DNA of 63,824 nucleotides, filler included, from Lama guanicoe (GCA_013239625.1; 179 parts of 179 records of this genome joined end to end with filler, not necessarily neighbours in it), one strand, 5' to 3'. Counted from the first letter of the whole stretch, positions 48,584-60,602 are shown. Notes: a model not told the origin generated them from the letters alone. A program made the numbers and translations.

Positions 48584-49256
48584 CACGGGCCGGTCCTGGC
48601 TTGGCTCTCTTGAGACAGAGGTCAGGGATCAGCCTAGAAAACTCAAACATGGGCACGCTTGATTGTCCCCTGGGAAAATTATTCACAACTTGATTACGAC
48701 CATCTTGGAAACTACAAGATTAAAAAAAAATTTCTCTGCCCTAATGACTGCTGGGCAATTAAGATAAAATGATTTATGATTTTCAGGTACTGTTAACATN
48801 NNNNNNNNNNNNNNNNNNNNNNNNNNNNNNNNNNNNNNNNNNNTTAATTAATTAANNNNNNNNNNNNNNNNNNNNNNNNNNNNNNNNNNNNNNNNNNNNA
48901 TTATTATTATTATTACATTTAGCTGATAAATTTCACAACTGTAATTAATTCCCAATTTGGTACTTAACTGTATTTTAGGTGAGTTCAGAGATATCATTGA
49001 ATGAGTTCACTCAGCAGCAGCATCATGATGCTGAAATATCAATAACCAGTGGCTGTTTTGGGGGGCGGTATTAATATGCTTGTTGGTTACATTTGTGTAT
49101 TGCCATGATAGAAAGTAACCACTGTTGAAAATGGTAAGCATACACGAAAGCCACTANNNNNNNNNNNNNNNNNNNNNNNNNNNNNNNNNNNNNNNNNNNN
49201 TTAATTAATTAANNNNNNNNNNNNNNNNNNNNNNNNNNNNNNNNNNNNNNNNNNNN

Positions 49257-49481
49257 TGGATATTTTGATAGGGATTGCATTAAATATCAACTCAAAATGA
49301 ATTAGAGACCTAAATGTAAGACCAGAAACCATAAAACTCCTTGAAGATACCATAGGCAGAACACCCTTTGACGTAAATCATAGAAGTATTTTTTTGGATC
49401 TATCTCCTCAGGCAAAGTAAAAGCAAAAATAAACACATGAGGCCTAATGAAACTTAAAAGCTTTTGCACAGCAAAGGAAAC
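49257..49481. mobile_element. L1 ORF2 with inversion junction (antisense 49257-49285, sense ~49286-49481)
   Basis: TGGATATTTTGATAGGGATTGCATTAAAT is the antisense of FNAIPIKIS; it is followed by sense INSK*IRDLNVRPETIKLL. Confidence 0.85.
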
Positions 49482-49623
49482 TAGGCGGGAAACTGGAGGT
49501 TGAGGGATAAACTNNNNNNNNNNNNNNNNNNNNNNNNNNNNNNNNNNNNNNNNNNNNTTAATTAATTAANNNNNNNNNNNNNNNNNNNNNNNNNNNNNNN
49601 NNNNNNNNNNNNNGACTCGAGAG

Positions 49624-49838
49624 CAGGAGTTCTCAACTTCAGCAGTAATGACAACTGGGGCGAGATCATTCTTTGTTGAGGGGGCTGCTCTGTGCCTTGT
49701 AGGGCGCCGAGCAGCATCCTTGACCTCTATGCACTAGATGCCAGCAGCATCCCTCCGCAGCTGTGACAACCAGAAGGGTCTTCAGACACTGCAAAGGTCC
49801 TCTGATAGAGAGGAGGGGAGGGGGTTTGAGAACCACTG
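49624..49838. mobile_element. MER20 hAT-Charlie non-autonomous DNA transposon, near full length
   Basis: TIRs CAGGAGTTCTCAA...TTGAGAACCACTG; internal AGCAGCATCCTTGACCTCTATGCACTAGATGCCAGCAGCA. Confidence 0.9.
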
Positions 49839-50685
49839 CTCTGTAGAGATCTTACTGTTTCCAAGTTGTANNNNNNNNNNNNNNNNNNNNNNNNNNNNNN
49901 NNNNNNNNNNNNNNTTAATTAATTAANNNNNNNNNNNNNNNNNNNNNNNNNNNNNNNNNNNNNNNNNNNNGAGGAAAGATCTGAACCATGGAGGTTGGAA
50001 GAAGTAGGAGATGCCTCTTTTTTTTTTTTTAACTGAGGACAAGTGATCCAGAAGCTGAGATGAGTCCACAAGGGCCCCCTAGATGGAGGATTCAACCGTA
50101 AATTTCAGTGCATGTGTGACTGATTCATCCACTCAGCCTAGGAGCCTGGGGGGGAGGGTGTCACTGTGGCAATGAAGTGTAGGCTGATCAAGGGCAGTGG
50201 TCTGCCTCCCATTCATGAGGGGTCTTTNNNNNNNNNNNNNNNNNNNNNNNNNNNNNNNNNNNNNNNNNNNNTTAATTAATTAANNNNNNNNNNNNNNNNN
50301 NNNNNNNNNNNNNNNNNNNNNNNNNNNAGGAGTGCCTTCCCTGACAGCTCCTCCCCCTTTGGAGTGGGAAGCAGTACTGTCGCCTCTAGGATGGTACTTG
50401 CAAAAATAACCCCCGTGGTAATGTCTCAAATTTAGTACAACTCAACTAGGCTCATGTAGGCTATGAGCTTCACCAATTTATATCAAGGTTTCGAGTTCCA
50501 AACAGTTATTAGAAGCGAGCTTTTAGGCACAGCCCCCTGGTGAGCTACAGTCAGCGTGCGTCCAAGTCAGGCAATCCCAGAGGCGNNNNNNNNNNNNNNN
50601 NNNNNNNNNNNNNNNNNNNNNNNNNNNNNTTAATTAATTAANNNNNNNNNNNNNNNNNNNNNNNNNNNNNNNNNNNNNNNNNNNN

Positions 50686-50942
50686 AACAATTTAACCCAC
50701 CAGCTGAGAGAACTAGAAAAAGAAGAACAAAAAATGCCAAAAGGCAACAGAAGGAAGTAAATTATAAAGATTAGAGAGTAAATTAATTAAAGAGAGATTA
50801 AAAAGACCACAGCAAAAATCAATAAAACCAAAAGTGTTTTTTTGAAAAAGTAAATAAAATCAACAAACCTCTGGTGAAACCCACAAAGAAGAGAAAAGAG
50901 AGAGCACAAATTAGCAAAAAAGAAAGGAAAATGGAGAAATTA
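50686..50942 (+). mobile_element. L1 ORF2 fragment
   Basis: QLRELEKEEQKMPKGNRRK*IIKIRE...KINKTK...FEKVNKINKPL. Confidence 0.93.
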
Positions 50943-51059
50943 NNNNNNNNNNNNNNNNNNNNNNNNNNNNNNNNNNNNNNNNNNNNTTAATTAATTAANN
51001 NNNNNNNNNNNNNNNNNNNNNNNNNNNNNNNNNNNNNNNNNNATAGGGCACACCACTCC

Positions 51060-51195
51060 ACAGTTCTCATTTCATCCTTCTAACTCCATAATGCTTCCAC
51101 AAATGGAAAACTAAGGCTCAGAGAGTGCAATTCACCTGCCCAAGGTTGCCCAGCTAGGAAATGACAGAAGCAGCACTTGATCTTGGGCCTCTGGT
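51060..51195 (-). mobile_element. MIR SINE
   Basis: ACAAATGGAAAACTAAGGCTCAGAGAG...ACCTGCCCAAGGTTGCCCAGCTAG. Confidence 0.75.
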
Positions 51196-52269
51196 CAGCA
51201 TGAGATCATTACCATGGGCATGGTGCAGGGTAACAAGGGTTAGGGATCCTCGGGCAGGTTTTGCTTCCCACCTCAGAGGTATCAGCCAACAGGTGCCCAN
51301 NNNNNNNNNNNNNNNNNNNNNNNNNNNNNNNNNNNNNNNNNNNTTAATTAATTAANNNNNNNNNNNNNNNNNNNNNNNNNNNNNNNNNNNNNNNNNNNNT
51401 TCAGATTTCTGTTTTCTTAGACTTAAGGGGTGGAGGTGAATGGTGGGAAAGGTCTTGGGACCAATTAGTTTGTTTTTAAGCAATTCCTTCAGGGATACCT
51501 AATGCCTTTGAAAATGGAATATACCTCACTTACTGTCCTCAATTTAGTTCATTTAACTACATTTGGAGCCAACTGTAAAAATCAATTTCAGAATCATGTT
51601 AGAGTTTAAAACGTGTTCTTTGAGAAATGCCTATCCTGTCTCTGTCTCTCCTTTCTNNNNNNNNNNNNNNNNNNNNNNNNNNNNNNNNNNNNNNNNNNNN
51701 TTAATTAATTAANNNNNNNNNNNNNNNNNNNNNNNNNNNNNNNNNNNNNNNNNNNNCCCAGATTGAATATTAAGAGACCAGAGAGTGGCTGCTTTTCCAA
51801 GCATGTTGAGGGTAATTCAAATTATACCCACTCAACTGGGGATGGCGTGATAGGGGTCCAATTGCTGAGTACCATGTTGGACATAAAAAGTGAGACAATT
51901 AGTCTTCTCAAGAAGCTATCAAGATGGCTTAATTGGCACCTCCCTCTAGTTCTCTCTTTTTTTAGTATGATGAGAAAAAAACTCAAAGAGCTGAGGCCTG
52001 ATGATATTGGCACANNNNNNNNNNNNNNNNNNNNNNNNNNNNNNNNNNNNNNNNNNNNTTAATTAATTAANNNNNNNNNNNNNNNNNNNNNNNNNNNNNN
52101 NNNNNNNNNNNNNNGAGAAATGCATAAATTAATGGGCTTGGAGAGAAGAGGTCAAGAGATAATCTGGTCTGTTCCACAGGTGAAGATATTCTAGTCACTG
52201 CAGAGATGAAGGAATGGAGACCTTGTGGGAACCGACCCGCCCAAAGCCACCCAGAGCTCACCCTTGCGT

Positions 52270-52372
52270 TGGGGCTGGCCTGCCTTCCCGGTAAAGGCCC
52301 AGACAGTAAATGCTGCAGGCTTACTGGGGCACCGGGCCTTGTCCCAACCGCCCAGCTGGAGGGTGCGAGCAG
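52270..52372. mobile_element. MER58-like hAT-Charlie fragment
   Basis: GTAAAGGCCCAGACAGTAAAT...AGGCTT...TGTCCCAACCGCCCAGCT. Confidence 0.6.
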
Positions 52373-52472
52373 NNNNNNNNNNNNNNNNNNNNNNNNNNNN
52401 NNNNNNNNNNNNNNNNTTAATTAATTAANNNNNNNNNNNNNNNNNNNNNNNNNNNNNNNNNNNNNNNNNNNN

Positions 52473-52537
52473 GACCACATGCTTAGCATGCATGACATCC
52501 TGAGTTCTAGCCCCAGAATTTCCATTAAAAAAAAAAA
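52473..52537 (+). mobile_element. Vic-1-like tRNA-Ala SINE (3' part) with poly(A)
   Basis: CATGCTTAGCATGCATGACATCCTGAGTTCTAGCCCCAG...TCCATTAAAAAAAA. Confidence 0.8.
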
Positions 52538-52545
52538 GTTTTTCA

Positions 52546-52650
52546 GGGAAAGGGAAATAGTTCAGTGGCGGAGCATATGCTTAGGGTGCACGAGGTCCAG
52601 GATTCAATCCCTAATATCCCCATTAAAAATAAAAAATAAAATTAAATAAA
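52546..52650 (+). mobile_element. Second Vic-1-like tRNA-Ala SINE, in tandem
   Basis: ATAGTTCAGTGGCGGAGCATATGCTTAGGGTGCACGAGGTCCAGGATTCAATCCCT followed by an A-rich tail. Confidence 0.82.
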
Positions 52651-52830
52651 AGAGATAAAAATTGTTACAGGATTCTCAATAAAAAAGACATGCACTACAG
52701 TTGGACTTTCACAGGACAATTACAAAATCANNNNNNNNNNNNNNNNNNNNNNNNNNNNNNNNNNNNNNNNNNNNTTAATTAATTAANNNNNNNNNNNNNN
52801 NNNNNNNNNNNNNNNNNNNNNNNNNNNNNN

Positions 52831-53087
52831 TTTCAAATTCTTTTACAAAGCTGTAGTAATGAGAACAGTATGGGACAGATATTTAAAAATGTACACATTT
52901 ACCAATGAACTGGAAGCCCAGAATTAAACCCCTACATATGTGGCCAATAAATTTTTGAAAAGGGAGCCAAAAATATTCAATGAGGAAAGGTTAGTGTCTT
53001 CAATGAATGGTGTTGGGAACACTGGACAACCACATGCAAGAGAATTAAACTGAACTCCTATCATACATCATTCCCCAAAATTAATCT
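52831..53087 (+). mobile_element. Old L1M ORF2 fragment
   Basis: FKFFYKAVVMRTVW...PELNPYICGQ*IF...FNEWCWEHWTTTCKRIKL. Confidence 0.9.
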
Positions 53088-53902
53088 NNNNNNNNNNNNN
53101 NNNNNNNNNNNNNNNNNNNNNNNNNNNNNNNTTAATTAATTAANNNNNNNNNNNNNNNNNNNNNNNNNNNNNNNNNNNNNNNNNNNNAGAAAGAACAAGA
53201 AAGGGGAGGTGGGGGAGGAAGAAGAAGTGTAGAAGGAAGAGAAAAAGCTCTGCTTGGCAGTTTTTGTTGAACGGCGGACATTGTGTGTGACATTGTAGAG
53301 TTTCTGGTTGACGCAGTGAATTTCATTTCCTCCTGGCAGCCAGACAAGCACAGGTACATTGTCCTGATGCAGAGAAGCTGATCTACTTTGCCCTTATTTC
53401 TGGGTGTGGCCCTTCCCAGGGTCTCAATTGGAAGCTGCTTTGAGCNNNNNNNNNNNNNNNNNNNNNNNNNNNNNNNNNNNNNNNNNNNNTTAATTAATTA
53501 ANNNNNNNNNNNNNNNNNNNNNNNNNNNNNNNNNNNNNNNNNNNNAGCTTGGTTGTAGAATGTCTCCATTTAATGATGACTGGGGATGGAGAGACTCTGC
53601 CTAGACCTACTAAGCATTTGTTTTCAAAACTAAAAGGAATCTGTAGGCCGTTAGTTGACATGGGAATTTCAGGACTTGCTGTGGTCTTCCTAATAATCAT
53701 TGAAAATCCTGTGCTTTTAATTGAGCCGATAATATGACATGTCCCTCTTTGAAGGCTACTCTTGTTCTGTTCCCCAGTTACCAAACCTCAACAGCATAAG
53801 CCNNNNNNNNNNNNNNNNNNNNNNNNNNNNNNNNNNNNNNNNNNNNTTAATTAATTAANNNNNNNNNNNNNNNNNNNNNNNNNNNNNNNNNNNNNNNNNN
53901 NN

Positions 53903-54159
53903 ACCCTCTCCAGCATTTATCATTCATGGACTTTTGAATGATAGCCATTCTCACTGGTGTGGGGTATACCTTATTATAGTTTTGATTTACATTTCTCTGA
54001 CAATTAGCAATATTGAGCATTTTTTCATGTGCCTATTAGCCATTGTATGTCTTCATAGGAGAATTACTTGTTTAGGTCTTCTGCCCATTTTGGATTGAGT
54101 TGTTTTGTTGTTGTTGTTGTTGTTATTAAGTTATATGAGCTGTTTATATATTCTGGAAA
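53903..54159 (-). mobile_element. L1 ORF2 C-terminal fragment with (TTG)n
   Basis: ACCCTCTCCAGCATTTATC...GCCATTCTCACTGGTGTG...TTTAGGTCTTCTGCCCATTT. Confidence 0.93.
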
Positions 54160-55829
54160 NNNNNNNNNNNNNNNNNNNNNNNNNNNNNNNNNNNNNNNNN
54201 NNNTTAATTAATTAANNNNNNNNNNNNNNNNNNNNNNNNNNNNNNNNNNNNNNNNNNNNCTCACCAGGGACATCATTGACAGCATTTCTGTGTAGCGCGG
54301 CAGCTGATGACACCTCAGGTTTACTGGTATAAAGGCTTAGTCATCTTCGTCTGGCCAGTGTCCAACACAGTGCCAGGCCATGACGGGAATATATGGTATT
54401 GTCTGCTCAGCCCGACCCACTTCCTTTGAAGACTGTCTCTCTCCCCATCACTTCACGGCGTTCCTATTTAATCCCATCCCAATGGTCATAACTGATTGCT
54501 TGATGACAGGGTGCCTTNNNNNNNNNNNNNNNNNNNNNNNNNNNNNNNNNNNNNNNNNNNNTTAATTAATTAANNNNNNNNNNNNNNNNNNNNNNNNNNN
54601 NNNNNNNNNNNNNNNNNCTGGATAAATGAATTGGGCCTTGAAGGGTGAATAGGAGTTCACCAGGTACAGAGAACAGAGGAGGTCACTTTATATGTATGTG
54701 TCGACACACAGAGTCTGATTTTACATTCTGTTTTATTTTCACCCCTGGCTGCCCATCCATGCCCATCCCCATCTGTGTGTCTGGATCACCCTGGAAGCCC
54801 CAGAGGGCAGGGACAATGTCTGCCACACTCCATCTGGGCACTGCCCAGGCCTGTCCATTTAGACACTTAATCAAGNNNNNNNNNNNNNNNNNNNNNNNNN
54901 NNNNNNNNNNNNNNNNNNNTTAATTAATTAANNNNNNNNNNNNNNNNNNNNNNNNNNNNNNNNNNNNNNNNNNNNTGAAGTTTGTTTCAACTCCAGAGGG
55001 CCTCCCCTTAGCTGTCTCTCTCATGCTTCTCTGAAATTCATGGCTGCTCTACCGTTGAGCTTGTTGCTCTCAGTGTTTTGACAGCACACATGGGCTTGAA
55101 CTTCCACATTGTGGAATTTATTATTCCAAATGCATTTAGCTCCTTGAGGGGACCTTTGAAGATCTCTGCTCTTAAAGGCTACATCTTCCCCTGGACAAAC
55201 TTCACCAGAGCTGGAGGTGGGGACAGTGGCCCANNNNNNNNNNNNNNNNNNNNNNNNNNNNNNNNNNNNNNNNNNNNTTAATTAATTAANNNNNNNNNNN
55301 NNNNNNNNNNNNNNNNNNNNNNNNNNNNNNNNNGGTCCAGGGGATTCCCCTAAAGCAAGAAGTGGGGGTTAAAGAGCCCAAGTTGGAAATAACACTGCCT
55401 GCTTCCCTTGGTCCCGCTGCGTGCCTTCCTCCAGGATCCTCTCTGTGCACCAGAAGCCTCTCCTGGTTCTCTCACGTCACATCCTGAGTTCTCTTTTACC
55501 TGTGGTTTATGGTGAAACTGATGTCCACTTTCTCCCGGGCCTGGCTCTTGATTTCAGGATGGAAACTTAACAAACTTTTAATTCATTTCTCNNNNNNNNN
55601 NNNNNNNNNNNNNNNNNNNNNNNNNNNNNNNNNNNTTAATTAATTAANNNNNNNNNNNNNNNNNNNNNNNNNNNNNNNNNNNNNNNNNNNNGGAATTTAA
55701 AATATGGGAAGGTTTTCTGCCAGCCCTAAAGAAGCTTCCACTCCAGTTAGTGAGAATATATATATATGTCTATATTAGCGTTTCCTCAATAGAGATGTAA
55801 TTTCCTACAATGAGTCATCATGTCAAGCA

Positions 55830-55949
55830 CAGACAAGTCTCAGATACACTGTGGGTTTTGGTTCCAGACCACCACAATAAAGTGAATATTGCAATAAAAC
55901 TCACAAAACTCTTGGTTTCCCAGTGCATATAAAAGCTATGTTTACACTA
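55830..55949 (-). mobile_element. Tigger1 (TcMar) terminal fragment
   Basis: GGTTCCAGACCACCACAATAAAGTGAATATTGCAATAAA...GGTTTCCCAGTGCATATAAAAG. Confidence 0.88.
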
Positions 55950-56144
55950 NNNNNNNNNNNNNNNNNNNNNNNNNNNNNNNNNNNNNNNNNNNNTTAATTA
56001 ATTAANNNNNNNNNNNNNNNNNNNNNNNNNNNNNNNNNNNNNNNNNNNNAACATAGAAGCCTCACCTTGTTCCTTGGGTACAGATCCACAGCACTGGAAG
56101 GTAAATGAAGTCAATTCAAAAACCACTATGGGTCCACACAAAAC

Positions 56145-56307
56145 AGTAATCGTTGCTACCACTTTTTAATGCTTTTATCAGCAGAAATTGTGCTAACTGC
56201 TTTAGTAGCAGTCTCCTTTAATTCTCCCAACGGCCCTGTGAAGCAGGTACTACTTAATCTATCCCCATTTTACAGATGGGAGTACTTCATTGCACAGAGC
56301 AGTGAAG
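56145..56307 (-). mobile_element. MIR SINE
   Basis: TTTAATTCTCCCAACGGCCCTGTGAAGCAGGTAC...ATCCCCATTTTACAGATG. Confidence 0.8.
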
Positions 56308-58554
56308 NNNNNNNNNNNNNNNNNNNNNNNNNNNNNNNNNNNNNNNNNNNNTTAATTAATTAANNNNNNNNNNNNNNNNNNNNNNNNNNNNNNNNNNNNN
56401 NNNNNNNGACTGCTGCTCCCTGTGACCGTTGAGGAGGAGGGGTGAGAATAGGAGTCACAGCTGGTAACTCTACATCTGAGGCAGTCTTGGTTGCAGGTCA
56501 GTCGGTGTGGTTAGTGCCAGCGACCGGTACACCGTGCCTGGGGTATGCTGGCTCCCGGGGTCTGCCTGGCTTGAAACCAGGCTCTTTCACTTGGGAGGAA
56601 GAAGGTCCTTTCCAAATCTCTATGCTGATCACTGTGGGTCTTCTGCTTTGAACCCACCCACGAGANNNNNNNNNNNNNNNNNNNNNNNNNNNNNNNNNNN
56701 NNNNNNNNNTTAATTAATTAANNNNNNNNNNNNNNNNNNNNNNNNNNNNNNNNNNNNNNNNNNNNTCACCTCCTCCAGTCCATTGATAAATCCTATTATC
56801 CATTATAAAGCCAGAGGCAGCTTCCCAGGGAACAGGCTGGAGGCTGCTGGAGGGGGTTGCTGAGGGGCTCCAGGGAGGGTGGCCTGGGGGTGATGTGGTG
56901 GGTATGGCCAGGCCCGGGGAGGCACCCCACCCAGGCTGATCAGGCTGGTTGACTAAAGCAAGATCCCTGTGGGAGGTCCCAACACCCAGGCGGTGGGCAG
57001 GCAAAGGTGAGGGGGGCTGGGTGNNNNNNNNNNNNNNNNNNNNNNNNNNNNNNNNNNNNNNNNNNNNTTAATTAATTAANNNNNNNNNNNNNNNNNNNNN
57101 NNNNNNNNNNNNNNNNNNNNNNNTATGTGGAGGTAAGAGATTATTACTACTGTACTCTGGAAACAAAGTCCTTCTCCTCCCCCCACAAAAATCTAAGAAA
57201 CCTAAGCTGGTTTACCCATTTTTCTTCATCAGTGTATCAAGAATGCATCACTACTCAAGATGCCGTGCATGCAGTCTGTCCTGCCAACATTTTTAAGTCT
57301 GCAGAACAAATATAAATGGATACATGGAAGGGTTCCTGGCCTTGGTCCTACATAAATACAAATGCATTCTATTCATGATGANNNNNNNNNNNNNNNNNNN
57401 NNNNNNNNNNNNNNNNNNNNNNNNNTTAATTAATTAANNNNNNNNNNNNNNNNNNNNNNNNNNNNNNNNNNNNNNNNNNNNTTATTTATAATGCTAATTT
57501 AAATGTCAACATCTGTGCATTTGTTTTCAGCCCTAGAAGTATTACACAGATGCCTCAAGGACCTCTGAGAGAGGGGAAGAGGCATGGGATTCAATGTTTC
57601 ATGTGAACTCTGTTATTACCTCATTCTAGGTAGAGTTTAAGGGTTCTTATGATTATAAGAACTGCATATATAAATCAGCTTGTTGGAGTTCTTTATGTAA
57701 CCTACATATGAGTCCTTTATGAGTCCAGATATATGTTGCNNNNNNNNNNNNNNNNNNNNNNNNNNNNNNNNNNNNNNNNNNNNTTAATTAATTAANNNNN
57801 NNNNNNNNNNNNNNNNNNNNNNNNNNNNNNNNNNNNNNNAGGAGGAGAGTCTTCCTCTGAGGAGGTACTGTCTCTTGTTGTTAATGTCCTTGTGTGACTG
57901 TGTAAGTATCAGGGGATTCTGAAACATAAGCCGGGGGTTGGTGTGAGTGTGCATTTTCACGTTTGCATCTGCTGATGAGAATTTTTGACTTACATTTTTA
58001 ACTTACAGTTTAGGATGTGATTCTGTGCTTAATGCCGTAGGACTGGATAGTGCACTTGTGTTAATTTTCCAGACTCACCTAGTGAAACCAGTGTCTNNNN
58101 NNNNNNNNNNNNNNNNNNNNNNNNNNNNNNNNNNNNNNNNTTAATTAATTAANNNNNNNNNNNNNNNNNNNNNNNNNNNNNNNNNNNNNNNNNNNNCCGT
58201 CTTTGAATTCACTTAATCTGTTTTTGCTTTCCACAAGTTTTTGATATAAACAAATGTAATTTATATAATCAAATTTATCAATATTAATTTTTATTGCATC
58301 TGGATTTATCATCACAATTGGAAGATCCTTCCCTAAGAGCCAGGTTATAGAGGAATTAGCTAATGATTTATGTTAGGGTATTTTAAATACTTCCTATTTT
58401 ACTATATACTTTATAAATAGCCCTGTAAGATCACTGTAGACACATTTAGTTCATNNNNNNNNNNNNNNNNNNNNNNNNNNNNNNNNNNNNNNNNNNNNTT
58501 AATTAATTAANNNNNNNNNNNNNNNNNNNNNNNNNNNNNNNNNNNNNNNNNNNN

Positions 58555-58812
58555 GAGCCGGGAGCCGGGAGCCGGGAACCGGCGCGCCGGGTCCGCGCGG
58601 CCGGTGCGGGCGCCGGCTTCGCTCGGGCCCCGCCAGCCCCGCGGCCCCGCAGTTTCCAAAGTTGCCCCCGCCCTCGGCCCGACCACAAACGAAAACGAGC
58701 GGAAAGCTCCTCACCTCGTCGGTTCAGGGGCCGGACCCGGACGGCAACTTTTACCTTGGTATCCGACATGTTGGCGGCGCCCGCTCGGCCCGGGCCGGCC
58801 CCTCACTGGCCG
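58555..58812. promoter_or_regulatory. CpG island around KIF13A exon 1
   Basis: Very high GC and CpG density on both sides of the ATG-containing exon. Confidence 0.85.
58715..58769 (-). CDS. KIF13A: Kinesin-3 KIF13A, first coding exon (55 nt)
   Basis: GCCGCCAAC-ATG context; MSDTKVKVAVRVRPLNRR+G ends at GAG|GTGAGG donor. Human KIF13A starts MSDTKVKVAVRVRPMNRRE, whereas KIF13B starts MGDSKVKVAVRIRP. Confidence 0.95.
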
Positions 58813-59675
58813 NNNNNNNNNNNNNNNNNNNNNNNNNNNNNNNNNNNNNNNNNNNNTTAATTAATTAANNNNNNNNNNNNNNNNNNNNNNNNNNNNNNNN
58901 NNNNNNNNNNNNTTCTAGAAGAGAGAAGATGGGACCTGTTTGAGTCATGCATATACAAGTGCGCATATATGTTTTTGTGTTTGCATATACACATACACAT
59001 ACACATCATTTTTTTTGAATGACCTGAACCAGAGGCTGCACTAAGAACTTTCTTGGCATCTTAATGAGATGGGTGGTAGCAGATCATCAACAATAATAAT
59101 AGCAATAATAATCATCATCATTATTATTTATTGAAGTTCAGAGAGGGTAAGTGACTCACCCAAGGCCACANNNNNNNNNNNNNNNNNNNNNNNNNNNNNN
59201 NNNNNNNNNNNNNNTTAATTAATTAANNNNNNNNNNNNNNNNNNNNNNNNNNNNNNNNNNNNNNNNNNNNTCTTTAAAGGTCAAAGAGGTTATGAGTTTT
59301 CTTCTAACAGTAAAATTCTGGGTGAGGAGAAATTTACAAGTTTCTATCTTCAAGAAAGTTAACTTTAGTAATAGCACATTCTGTTCAAATCTGTGTAAAA
59401 AGCTAGACCATCATCTGGGGTCTGAGAGAGAAAGATCAGAGACTTTCTGTGCATATCTGTCACTTTAGCTAAATTGATAGCTAAGTAATGTTTTATAACA
59501 CTTCACATTTAAATGCTTTCATTTCTTTNNNNNNNNNNNNNNNNNNNNNNNNNNNNNNNNNNNNNNNNNNNNTTAATTAATTAANNNNNNNNNNNNNNNN
59601 NNNNNNNNNNNNNNNNNNNNNNNNNNNNCGGAAGCTGAGGCCTGGCTGGGAGTCAGTGCTGCGCCCTCTGCCGGC

Positions 59676-59885
59676 ATGAGTTGGGCGCTGGAGTTCTGAG
59701 AGACTGGCTGTGCAGCTGAAGAACACAACGTGACAGAAACAGATGCCTTCGCTAGGAGAGAAATGTTTGATCCAGCAGAAAAGTACTTAATGGACCACAA
59801 GAGGAGAGGAGTTGCTTTAATCTTCGATCATGAGAGGTCCTTCTGGCACCTGACGCTGCCGGACCGGCGGGGAACCAGCGCGGAC
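59676..59885 (+). pseudogene. CASP6: Processed caspase-6 retrocopy (5' part) with a premature stop
   Basis: [69 protein letters not shown] aligns without gaps to human CASP6 residues 1-70 (TETD at 20-23). There are no introns at the expected first two exon junctions, and TGA lies at 59697-59699. Confidence 0.93.
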
Positions 59886-60348
59886 ANNNNNNNNNNNNNN
59901 NNNNNNNNNNNNNNNNNNNNNNNNNNNNNNTTAATTAATTAANNNNNNNNNNNNNNNNNNNNNNNNNNNNNNNNNNNNNNNNNNNNCCTCTGTACTGCAC
60001 ATCCCAGATTCTCCTCACCCTTGGCTAGAACTTCTACTAGTCTAGGTGGCTTACCTGCTCAGGTGACCAGACCCTCATTACTGTGTGATCAAGCCGCTGC
60101 TCACTGTGCCCTTCTCAGGGCCCTTGTTCCTCTACTGCCAAGTTAGGCAGGAGAACACTCAAAGGTGCCCAGAGACCACGTGGAATCAAGTTTACTCCTT
60201 CTCCCCCGTGTGTAGGAGCAGCGCTATGGCTGTCTGCGACACAGNNNNNNNNNNNNNNNNNNNNNNNNNNNNNNNNNNNNNNNNNNNNTTAATTAATTAA
60301 NNNNNNNNNNNNNNNNNNNNNNNNNNNNNNNNNNNNNNNNNNNNGCAG

Positions 60349-60602
60349 TGTTAAAAACAAAATCAAAATTCAACCCAGTGAATTTGAAGGTCTAATTGGC
60401 TTTATTTGACAATTCATGAATTAGGCAGCATTCCATCGAGTAAACAGCAAAGGCACTCTGAGGAGCTGTACAGAATAGGAGGATTTTATAAAAATGGGAG
60501 GGAGAAGGAGATTATTAGCAGAAGAAAAGAAAGGATTGTTTCTGGCAAGTTTACCTCACTCGTGATGCTCAGGAAATTCTGGAAATTCCACACCTAGGAG
60601 AG
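60349..60602 (-). mobile_element. ERV LTR 3' part (antisense)
   Basis: TGTTAAAAAC start, TTTATT (antisense AATAAA) at ~60401 and TTTTATA (antisense TATA) at ~60484. Confidence 0.7.

Noticed and set aside
51757..52014. Frame open across the whole contig
   Set aside because: No recognisable domain or splice context; some open frames are expected by chance among ~179 fragments x 6 frames.
58503..58714. Extension of the KIF13A ORF beyond RPLNRR
   Set aside because: It reads through the GTGAGG donor into intron 1.
58555..59886. Apparent linkage of KIF13A and the CASP6 copy
   Set aside because: They are on separate contigs; proximity reflects size sorting only.
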